From contig JBGQBE010000038.1 in the NCBI GenBank assembly GCA_041494685.1, positions 1 through 33,044 on the forward strand: a stretch of DNA of 33,044 bases, in the 5' to 3' direction. A program made the position numbers and the translations under genes. The notes under the pieces were generated by a model. That model searched no databases. It was not told the origin of the DNA and saw only the letters and a program-made list of their open reading frames with translations. This document shows positions 7,962-15,962 of this stretch, in pieces (position 1 is the stretch's first letter; every line of letters starts with the position of its first letter). The stretch is from Dehalococcoidia bacterium (lineage in GTDB: Bacteria; Chloroflexota; Dehalococcoidia; DSTF01; JACRBR01).

Positions 7962-9341
7962 CTACTGTGCGCGGTTCGGGAGGAGCAGCCGTTGCAGCAG
8001 CAGGTACGCGACGATGCTCACCGCGAAGGATGGCAGCGTGCCGCCGACGGTGGTGACGCTCGTGGGGACGTTGGCGACCCACGAGGCGTGGTCCACGAGC
8101 GCCGGCGGCTGCGCGGCGGCGGCGTAGACCACGAAGCCGGCCGCCCACGCGAGCATGCCCGCCGGGTTGACGCCGCCCCAGAACCAGTAGCGCCCGCCCG
8201 CGCGGTGCAGTTCGTCGGTGTCGTAGCGCTGGCCGTGCACGACGAAGTAGTCGGCGACGAGCACGCCGAACAGCGAGACGAAGACGCCGCCGATCAGCAG
8301 CAGGAAGTTCTCGTAGCCGAAGAGGTCGACGCTGAGCGCCAGCACGAACGCCGCGACGCCGACGGCGAGCGCGAGGCCGCGGCGCGGCAGGCGCAGCAGG
8401 TTCTGCAGCGAGACGGCGGTCGAGTAGATGTTGGCGAAGGCGTTGTCGGTCTCGTCCGTCAGGATCACGAGCAGGAACAGCCAGCCGAGCGCGAGCGGCA
8501 GCAGCGAATCGACGAGCGCGCCGATCAGGTTGCCGGCGTCGACGGGGTTCTGCTCGCTGGTGAGCACGAGCACGTAGCCGGCGCCGAGCGCGAAGAACCA
8601 GACGTTGGCGATGGTGTAGCCGAAGAAGGTGGACCAGGCGGCGTCGCCGGAGCGGCGCGCGTAGCGGCTGTAGTCGGCGACGAGCGGCAGCCACGAGACC
8701 GGCAGCGAGACCGCGAGATCGACGCCCTGCCAGAAGTTCGGGAAGCCGCCGGCGCCGGGGTCGTCCACGTAGCCGGTGATGTGGTACGTCCAGAAGAGCC
8801 GCCACGTCAGCCAGGCGCTGGCGGCGACGACGATCCAGACGCCGAAGCGCTGCAGGAACTGCCGCACGACGACGGTTGGCCCGCCGATGGCGAAAGCGGT
8901 GCCGAGGAGGGCGAAGACCGCGAGCCAGGCGTCGTAGGCGTCGATGCTGAAGTAGTGGTCGCTGATAGCGCTGGAGGCCTGCGCCATGATGATGATCTCG
9001 AGCCCGGCCCAGCCGACGAGCTGGCCGATGTTGAGCAGCGAGGCCAGGTAAGAGCCGCGGATGCCGAGGGCGGGCCGCAGGGCGACCATCGTCGGCACGC
9101 CGGTGTCGCTGCCGACGCGGCCGGCGACGGCGAGCAGCGCCGAGCCGATGACGCTGCCGATGACGGTGGCGAGGAGCGCGGCGCGCAGTCCGAGCGCCGG
9201 GACGAGCAGGCTGCCGGCGACGAGCACCAGCAGCCCGACGCCGAGGTCGAACCAGAGGATGCCGAAGCCCGCGCCGCCGAGCGTGCGCCCCTCGGGCGGG
9301 ACGGGGGCGATCTCTTCGTGGGGCGCGGTGGATGCGGCCAT
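7962..9341 (-). CDS. cytX: NCS1/cytosine permease family transporter, CytX-like (thiamine precursor uptake)
   Basis: Multi-TM protein with GSDTGVPTMVALRPALG, SWLPLVADYSRY and TDNAFANIYS motifs; downstream of a TPP riboswitch; GAGGT SD. Confidence 0.82.
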   Translation of the reverse strand: MAASTAPHEEIAPVPPEGRTLGGAGFGILWFDLGVGLLVLVAGSLLVPALGLRAALLATVIGSVIGSALLAVAGRVGSDTGVPTMVALRPALGIRGSYLASLLNIGQLVGWAGLEIIIMAQASSAISDHYFSIDAYDAWLAVFALLGTAFAIGGPTVVVRQFLQRFGVWIVVAASAWLTWRLFWTYHITGYVDDPGAGGFPNFWQGVDLAVSLPVSWLPLVADYSRYARRSGDAAWSTFFGYTIANVWFFALGAGYVLVLTSEQNPVDAGNLIGALVDSLLPLALGWLFLLVILTDETDNAFANIYSTAVSLQNLLRLPRRGLALAVGVAAFVLALSVDLFGYENFLLLIGGVFVSLFGVLVADYFVVHGQRYDTDELHRAGGRYWFWGGVNPAGMLAWAAGFVVYAAAAQPPALVDHASWVANVPTSVTTVGGTLPSFAVSIVAYLLLQRLLLPNRAQ

Positions 9342-9398
9342 GGGTGCTACCTCGATCTGAAACGCCGCCGGGGACACGGCGGCGCAGCGCGAGGTGCG

Positions 9399-9490
9399 GT
9401 GTCCCTTCGCCGGCATGACCCGGACAGGTTCAAACGGTCGGCTGCGCCAGCAGCCCTCTCAGCCCGGTCGCGTCCGGACTCCCGTCACAC
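9399..9490 (-). ncRNA. TPP riboswitch
   Basis: Minus strand GGGAGTCCGG...CCGGGCTGAGAGG...GACCGTTTGAACCTGTCCGGGTCATGCCGGCGAAGGGA matches the THI-box consensus. Confidence 0.93.
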
Positions 9491-9557
9491 GTATGTAGTT
9501 GTGCGCGCACGGTAGCGCGGGGGTGGGTAGGGGGCAAGGTGGGTGCGGGTGGTTGCG

Positions 9558-10322
9558 CTACCCGCCGCCGCCGCCGCGTGCGAGCCGCAGATCCGCTGCG
9601 GCGGCCGTCGCGATGGCGGCGATGTCGCTGTGGACGGTGACGAGTCGATAGCCGGCGGCCACGTGCTTCGCGGCGAGCGCGGCGTTGCCGTGGATGCCGG
9701 CGGTGACGCCGTGCCGCGCGCACGCCTGCGCGATGGCGATGCGGGCGTCCTCGAACGCGCCGCCGTTGTCCATGGCGGGCGGCAGGCCGAGGGTGATGCT
9801 CATGTCGGCGGGGCCGACGTACACCGCGTCGATGCCGGGCACCGACAGGATGTCATCCACCTGCGCCAGCGCCTGCTTCGTCTCGATCATCGGGATGCAG
9901 GCGACCTCGGCGTTGGCGTGGCGGTAGTAGTCGGCGCCGGCGTAGAGCGGGGCGCGCGTGGGGCCGTAGCTGCGCGCGCCGTCGGGCGCGTAACGGCAGG
10001 CGGCGACGGCGGCGCGCGCCTCGGCCGGGCTGTTCACCATCGGGATGATGATGCCCATCGCGCCGGCGTCGAGCACCCTGCCGATGATGCCGGGCTCGTT
10101 CCAGGGCACGCGGACGACCGGCGTCGCGGGGGTGGTGCTGATCGCCTGGAGCATGTGGACGGCCTCGGCGAAGTCGATGACGCCGTGCTGCATGTCGATG
10201 CAGACCCAGTCGAAGCCGGCGTGGGCGACGACCTCGGCGGAGAAGGAGCTGGGGATCGAGAGCCAGGCGCCGAACGCGGGTTCGCCGCGCCGCCAGGCCG
10301 CTTTCATGCCGTTTTCGCGCAT
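9558..10322 (-). CDS. HpcH/HpaI aldolase family protein
   Basis: GFDWVCIDMQHG, VRVP, LDAGAMGIIIPMV, MIET and VGPADMS motifs; GGAGGT SD. Confidence 0.92.
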   Translation of the reverse strand: MRENGMKAAWRRGEPAFGAWLSIPSSFSAEVVAHAGFDWVCIDMQHGVIDFAEAVHMLQAISTTPATPVVRVPWNEPGIIGRVLDAGAMGIIIPMVNSPAEARAAVAACRYAPDGARSYGPTRAPLYAGADYYRHANAEVACIPMIETKQALAQVDDILSVPGIDAVYVGPADMSITLGLPPAMDNGGAFEDARIAIAQACARHGVTAGIHGNAALAAKHVAAGYRLVTVHSDIAAIATAAAADLRLARGGGGG

Positions 10323-10462
10323 CGGGGCACCTCCAGCGGGCATGGTGGGGGAGTGGCGGCGCTGTGGCAACCGCGTTCGTGCGTAGCAGGCGCATGTACT
10401 ATGCTTTCCCGGCGCCATGCGGGAGCCCGCGGGCGCACCTTGGACGAATCGATGGAGGTTAC

Positions 10463-11770
10463 ATGAAGCTCAACAACGTGGTCCTGGTCGACGGCGTGCG
10501 CTCGGGGTTCGGGCGCGGCGGCCGGGGCAGCCTGGTGGCGACGCGTCTGGACGAAGTGGGCGCGACGGTGATTCGCGCGCTGATGGAGCGCAACCCGAAG
10601 GTCAGCCCGTGGATGATCGAGGACGTGGGTCTCGGCAACGTGATGGGCGCGGGTGAGCTGATCCTGATCGGCGCGAACGCGGTGTCGCGGCTCGCGGGCC
10701 TGCCGGCGGAGGTGTGCTCGTTCGACACGAACCGCCAGTGCGGCTCGAGCATGGAGACGCTGCAGCGCATTGCGCAGTCGATCGCCGTGGGGGCGACCGA
10801 GTGCGGCATCGCGCTGGGCATCGAGCGGATGGGCCGCACGTTGGGCGGCGGCGGCAGCACTGCGCCAAAGACGCGGGTGACGGAGTTCAACAAGCGGCTG
10901 ACGGCGTCGAACGACCTGCAGCGCAACATGGCGCCGGACCACAGCGAGTACTTCTCGGTGCCGTTCCCGGACTACATCCTGGACGCGCCGGCGATCACGT
11001 CGATGACGCAGACGGCGCAGAACGTCGCCGAGATCTACAACCTGTCGCGCGAGGAGATGGACCAGTTCTCGGTCGACAGCCACAAGAAGGTGGCGGCGGC
11101 GTTCGAGAAGGGCATCTACAAGGACGAGATCATCCCGCTGGAGGTCGAGCTGCCGGTGTTCGATGACCAGGGCAACTGGCTGCCGGACGAGCACGGCAAG
11201 AAGGTCGTGTTCGACCGCGACGAATGTCTGCGCGCCGGCACGAACATGGAGGGCCTCTCGGCGCTGAAGACGGTGGGCGGCATCCAGAGCTTCGGCGGGA
11301 AGGATCTGCGGATCACGGCGGGCAACTCGTGCCCGACGAACGACGGCGTGTCGGCGGCGCTGCTGATGAGCGAAGACAAAGCGCGCGAGCTGGGGCTGAA
11401 GCCGCTGGCGCGGATCATCGGCATGGCGGTGGCGGGCGTGAAGCCGCAGGTGATGGGGCTGGGGCCGATCCCGGCGACGAAGAAGGCGCTGAAGCACGCG
11501 GGCATCACGGCGGACCAGATCGACCGCGTGGAGTTCAACGAGGCGTTCGCGGCGCAGGTGATCCCGTCGTGCCGCGAGCTGGGCATCCCGATGGACCGTG
11601 TGAACGTGAACGGCGGCTCGATCGCGATCGGCCACCCGCTGGGCGCGACGGGCGCGCGGCTGGTGTCGACGGTGGCGCACGAGCTGCGGCGGAGCGGCAA
11701 GCGGTACGGCCTGGCGACGCAGTGCATCGGCGTCGGCATGGGCATCTCGACGATCATCGAGGCGATGTAG
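10463..11770 (+). CDS. Thiolase (acetyl-CoA C-acyltransferase)
   Basis: NRQCGSS, NEAF, GHPLGATG and CIGVGMG catalytic motifs; GGAGGT SD. Confidence 0.95.
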   Translation: MKLNNVVLVDGVRSGFGRGGRGSLVATRLDEVGATVIRALMERNPKVSPWMIEDVGLGNVMGAGELILIGANAVSRLAGLPAEVCSFDTNRQCGSSMETLQRIAQSIAVGATECGIALGIERMGRTLGGGGSTAPKTRVTEFNKRLTASNDLQRNMAPDHSEYFSVPFPDYILDAPAITSMTQTAQNVAEIYNLSREEMDQFSVDSHKKVAAAFEKGIYKDEIIPLEVELPVFDDQGNWLPDEHGKKVVFDRDECLRAGTNMEGLSALKTVGGIQSFGGKDLRITAGNSCPTNDGVSAALLMSEDKARELGLKPLARIIGMAVAGVKPQVMGLGPIPATKKALKHAGITADQIDRVEFNEAFAAQVIPSCRELGIPMDRVNVNGGSIAIGHPLGATGARLVSTVAHELRRSGKRYGLATQCIGVGMGISTIIEAM

Positions 11771-11789
11771 GGGGCGCGCTGGGGCGCGC

Positions 11790-11845
11790 AGAACCAAGAA
11801 CTTAGAACCAAGAACCTAGGATCTGGGACTAAGGACTGAGAACCT
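11790..11845 (+). repeat. Eight tandem heptamer repeats
   Basis: agaacca agaactt agaacca agaacct aggatct gggacta aggactg agaacct. Confidence 0.85.
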
Positions 11846-11850
11846 AACGG

Positions 11851-11883
11851 GAGGCCCGCCAAATCGGCGGGCCTTTCTGTTGT
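11851..11883 (+). terminator. Intrinsic terminator after thiolase
   Basis: gaggcccgcc-aaatc-ggcgggcctt followed by tctgttgt. Confidence 0.75.
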
Positions 11884-11970
11884 ATTCAACACAGAGGCGG
11901 AGAGGGCACAGAGGTTTGATTGGAAGCGGGGAGGTTGCGTGCGCCGGGGTGACGCGGTGCGGGCGCGGCG

Positions 11971-12435
11971 TCACTGCGCGGTGAAGCGCAGTTCCTTGTC
12001 GTTTACGCGCACGATGTACTCCTGGCCGACGCCCGCGGCGAAGTTGGCGCCGAGTTCGACGATCTCCTCGTGCGTGCCGTAGATCTGGGTGCAGGCGACC
12101 TTCGGGTCGGTGGGCATCGTGTTGGTGACCTCGATGGTGATGGTGGTGTCGCCGCGGCTCACGATACGGGCGTCGTTGAACTGGGCGCAGCCGCCTGGCA
12201 GGCCGGAGAGGATGCGGACGGCGTACGACGGCGGCTGGCTTTGGCGGACGATCAGGTCGAGCTTGTCGATCGGGGCGGGCACGACCTGGCGGCCGGTGTC
12301 CGGCGTCGGTGTGGGTGATGGCGCGGGAGAGGGCGTCGCGGTGCGGGTGGCGACGCCGGAGCCGCCGCAGGCGGCGGCGAGCGCCAGCGACGCGCCGGCG
12401 GCGAGCAGTATCAGGGTCTTCCGTTCGAACCGCAT
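11971..12435 (-). CDS. Putative lipoprotein
   Basis: Signal peptide with lipobox-like LAAAC, Pro/Thr linker, LPGGC...ACTQIY beta domain. Confidence 0.75.
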   Translation of the reverse strand: MRFERKTLILLAAGASLALAAACGGSGVATRTATPSPAPSPTPTPDTGRQVVPAPIDKLDLIVRQSQPPSYAVRILSGLPGGCAQFNDARIVSRGDTTITIEVTNTMPTDPKVACTQIYGTHEEIVELGANFAAGVGQEYIVRVNDKELRFTAQ

Positions 12436-12553
12436 GCGTGAGTCCCTTCGTCGTGTGTCGTCTGAAGGATAGACGCTGGGCGGGGTGCGGATGTTCCGCG
12501 GTCTGAGCCGGGAAAGCCGCGAAGCGTCTGTGTTGGAAGTCAAGCGGCGCCTA

Positions 12554-12602
12554 GGCGATCGACCTAACCCCCTGCCCTTCCCGGCGCGGGAAGGGCGATC
12601 GA
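12554..12602. repeat. Extragenic palindrome with flanking 9-bp direct repeat
   Basis: Stem gcccttcccg-gcg-cgggaagggc (12574-12596); ggcgatcga at 12554-12562 and 12594-12602. Confidence 0.55.
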
Positions 12603-12687
12603 GTGTGCAGGGACGGTGATGGGATCTTGCGTGCGCGAAGTGTGTTGGGATGCGAACACAAGGCACAACGCGCAGCAACGTGTTGGT

Positions 12688-13470
12688 TCAGGTTCGGCAG
12701 GTTGTGTGCGTGGGGTCCCGTTGGGTGGGGGCCATCTGGGCCAGGAGATCGGGGCGGTTGCTGGTGATGCCGTCTACGCCGAGGGCGGCGGCCTGGTGCA
12801 TGGCGCCGGCGTCGTCGATCGTCCAGGTGTAGAGGTGGATGCCCATGGCGTGGGCTGTGTCGGCGAGGCGGCGCGTCAGCAGCTTGTTGTAGATGGTGGC
12901 GTTGGTGCCGGGCAGCGGGCGCAGCATCGCGGCGAGTCGCAGCGGCAACGTCAGCCGCATCAGCGTGACGGCCGCGCTGACGACGGGCTTCAGCAGCGGC
13001 TTTGTCGATGCGCCGCCGCGGTCGACGGGGTACGAGAAGAAGCGCGGGATCGACGGCTCCAGCGCGGCGACCTGCGCCAGCGGCGCCATCTCCAGCCCGC
13101 TGACGATGACGCGGCCGGTCGCGCCGTGGGCGCGCACACGCTCGACGATGCGATCGGTGACCGAGCCGTCCTTGATGTCGAGGTTGAGCCGGGCTCTGTC
13201 GCCGGCGAGGTCGAGCGCGTCGTCGAGCGTGGCGATGCCGTGCGGTCCGGCGTCGCGCAGGCGCGCCAGCGTCGAGGCGCTGATGCGCACGTCGGTGCCG
13301 TGCAGCAGGTCGTCGTGCGAGAGGACGAGCGCGCCGTCGATCGACGAGCGCACGTCCACCTCGACCATCTCGACGCCGTAGTCGAGGGCGCGGCGGATGC
13401 CCTCGAGGGAGTTCTCGGGGGCGAGTGCGCCGCCGCCGCGGTGGGAGATGCGGACGAGTCCCCGCCTCAT
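12688..13470 (-). CDS. Glycerophosphodiester phosphodiesterase
   Basis: SHRGG..APENS, EVDV, LSHD, LDIK, YTWTID and DGITSNRPD motifs. Confidence 0.92.
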   Translation of the reverse strand: MRRGLVRISHRGGGALAPENSLEGIRRALDYGVEMVEVDVRSSIDGALVLSHDDLLHGTDVRISASTLARLRDAGPHGIATLDDALDLAGDRARLNLDIKDGSVTDRIVERVRAHGATGRVIVSGLEMAPLAQVAALEPSIPRFFSYPVDRGGASTKPLLKPVVSAAVTLMRLTLPLRLAAMLRPLPGTNATIYNKLLTRRLADTAHAMGIHLYTWTIDDAGAMHQAAALGVDGITSNRPDLLAQMAPTQRDPTHTTCRT

Positions 13471-14186
13471 GCCTGCTGCGCCGAGACGGAGGCCATCGAC
13501 GGCGGCTCGCGGTCCTCGAGATGGCCGTCCTCGAGCCAGACGATGCGGTCGGCGAAGTGCAGCACGCGGTGGTCGTGGCTGACCATGACGACGGCGGTGC
13601 CCATGTCGTGGGCGATCATCTGGAGCAGGCCCATGACCTCGGCGCCGCGCACGCCGTCGAGGCTGGCGGTGGGTTCGTCGGCGAGGATGACGTTGGGGTT
13701 GTTCGCGAGCGCGCGGGCGATGGCGACGCGCTGGCGCTCGCCGCCGCTGAGCGTCTTGATGCGGGCGTCGCGGCGGTGGTCCATGCCGAGCAGGCGCAGC
13801 AGCTCGTGCGAGCGCGAGCGGGCGGAGGCGCGGGTGGCGCCGGCGCGCATGACGACGAGCTCGAGGTTCTGCGCGACGGTCAGCGCGTCCATCAGGTTGA
13901 AGTCCTGGAAGACGAAGCCGATGCGGTGCAGACGCACGTCGGCGAGCTTGCGATCGCTGAGCGTCGAGAGGTCCTGGCCGTTGATCAGGACGCGGCCCGA
14001 CGACGGGCGGCGGAGGGCGCCGGCGATGGCGAGCAGCGTGCTCTTGCCCGCGCCGGAGGGGCCCATGACGATGACGACCTGGCGCGGCGGCACGACCATC
14101 GACACGTTGCGCAGCGCGTGGGTCGGGTTGTTCTTGTCGCCGAAGCTCTGGCTGACGTCTACAAGTTCGAGGATGGCGTCGCTCAT
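13467..14186 (-). CDS. ABC transporter ATP-binding protein (LolD/MacB-like)
   Basis: GPSGAGKST, LSGGERQRVAIARAL, ILADEPT, SHD. Confidence 0.95.
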   Translation of the reverse strand: MSDAILELVDVSQSFGDKNNPTHALRNVSMVVPPRQVVIVMGPSGAGKSTLLAIAGALRRPSSGRVLINGQDLSTLSDRKLADVRLHRIGFVFQDFNLMDALTVAQNLELVVMRAGATRASARSRSHELLRLLGMDHRRDARIKTLSGGERQRVAIARALANNPNVILADEPTASLDGVRGAEVMGLLQMIAHDMGTAVVMVSHDHRVLHFADRIVWLEDGHLEDREPPSMASVSAQQA

Positions 14187-14189
14187 CTG

Positions 14190-15297
14190 TTACCCCTTGA
14201 ACGCTACGACGGGATCGACGGAGGCGACGCGCCGCGCCGGCACGATGGCCGCTCCGGCGGCCATCACCAGCGTGGCGATGAGCACGAAGCCGATATCGAT
14301 GGGCCGCACCAGCACGATGAACGTGGCGACGAGCTGATCGACGAACTGGCTGAGGATCAGCGTCAGCGTCACGCCGAAGATGAAGCCGACGCCGCCGGTG
14401 ATCAGGCTCTGGCCCATCACCAGCTTGTACAGGTCGAGGTTGTTGAATCCGACCGCCTTCATCACGCCGAACTCGCGCGTCCGCTCGACGGTGGCGGTGT
14501 AGATCGTGAGGCTGGTGATGGCGATGCCGACGATGAAGGCGAGGCTGAGGATGAGGCCGATGATCGGGACGACGTTATCGAGGATGCGGTGGCGCGTCGC
14601 CTGGGCGAACTCCTTCGACGTGAAGATGCGGGTGCCGTCCTTGCTGGTATCGACCTGCGTCTTCCACTGCGCGACGGTCAGGCCCGCGGGCATCTTGACG
14701 ATGTAGAACGTGGCCAGATCGCCCATGCCGAGCAGGTCGCGCGCGCCCTGGAGGTCCATGAAGCCGGCCTGGGTGAATGCGAAGTCGCCGCCGGACGAGA
14801 TGCCGATGACGGTGACGGACTTCTTGCCGAAGGTCAGCGTGTCGCCGATGTGTACGCCCTTCGTGCGCGAGAGCACGTCGTCGATGATGATCTCGGCGCC
14901 GTGCGGGTCCTTGCGGCCGGAGATGACCTTCGGCGGGCCGCCGACGCCGGTGGCGGCATCGTAGCCGACGGTGTGGACGTCGACGCTGTGGCCGTCCTTC
15001 TGGAAGGACATCGGCCGGACGATCATCGGCGTGACGCTGGCGGGGCCGGTCTTCGCCAGGTCGTCGCGCATGGACGCGGGGAGGATCGACGCGGCGTTGA
15101 TGAAGTCGGTGGTGCCTTCGCGGACGACCCAGGCGTCACCGTCGACGTGCTCGACGAAGCCGCCGACCTTCTGGTTCCAGCCCTGGTAGAGGCCGAGCAG
15201 GATCGTGATCAGGAACACGGCGAAGCCGATGCCCGCGGCGGAAAACGCGAAGCGGGTCTTCCTCGCTGACCAGGTTCCTCAGCGCAAGTACGATCAT
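14190..15297 (-). CDS. ABC transporter permease (FtsX/MacB type) with +1 frameshift near codon 12
   Basis: SD GGGGAG + ATG 15297 gives MIVLALRNLVSE; an extra G at 15261-15262 breaks the join to KTRFAFSAAGIGFAVFL; ERTREFGVMKAVG motif. Confidence 0.88.
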
Positions 15298-15313
15298 CGA
15301 CTCCCCCTGACTT

Positions 15314-15814
15314 CTACGGGCGCACCAGATACGGGATGGCGGCAGATAGCTCCGGCACGGCGGCGATGGCGCCTTCGTAGCCGGCCCGGATGATCTCGGC
15401 GCTGCGGTCGAAGTCACGCAGGCCGCCGCGCTCCAGGCAGACCTCGAGCGGCACGTCGGCTTCGTTCTTGCTCAGTTCAGAAAGGCGATTATGCATGATC
15501 TCGAGGCAGCGGAGAATAGTCTCGGGCGCCAGCGGGCGGGACGGGTTGGCGTCGAGGTCGTCGCGCGGCGAGGTGTTCTTGCCCGTAAGCCGCACGCCGA
15601 TGACGACGCCGGCGCCGAACTCACGGCACTGGCGCGAGGGGACGGGGTTCAGCACCGCGCCGTCGACCAGGTAGCTGTCGGGTCCGCGCAGGGCGGGGTA
15701 GATGCCGGGGATCGACGTGCTGGCGAGGATGCGCGGCCAGACGACGCCGCGGGTGAAGGTCACCTCGCAGCGGCGGAACAGGTCGGTGGCGCAGATCGCC
15801 AGCGGGATGTCCAG
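15314..15814 (-). pseudogene. C-terminal half of a patatin-like (NTE family) phospholipase
   Basis: LDIPLAICATDL...ASTSIPGIYP...LVDGAVLNPVP...IIRAGY; no GxGxxG or GxSxG half upstream and no credible start. Confidence 0.8.
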
Positions 15815-15962
15815 CGGCCATCGATCTGACGCCGGCCGCCCAGCAGTCCGGTGTCTCGATCTTCCAGCCGTCCGCAGGCGGGGCCGCCGGAAAGCCGGGA
15901 GCATCGAGCGCGGGCGCCCCTGACGGCGCGCCCGCGTTGCGCCGCGCGCCATACAATGTCCT

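Noticed and set aside
7810..11845. CRISPR array from the repeated 24-bp AGAAC-rich sequence
   Set aside because: Only two copies 4 kb apart, built from tandem heptamers with no spacers; no cas genes
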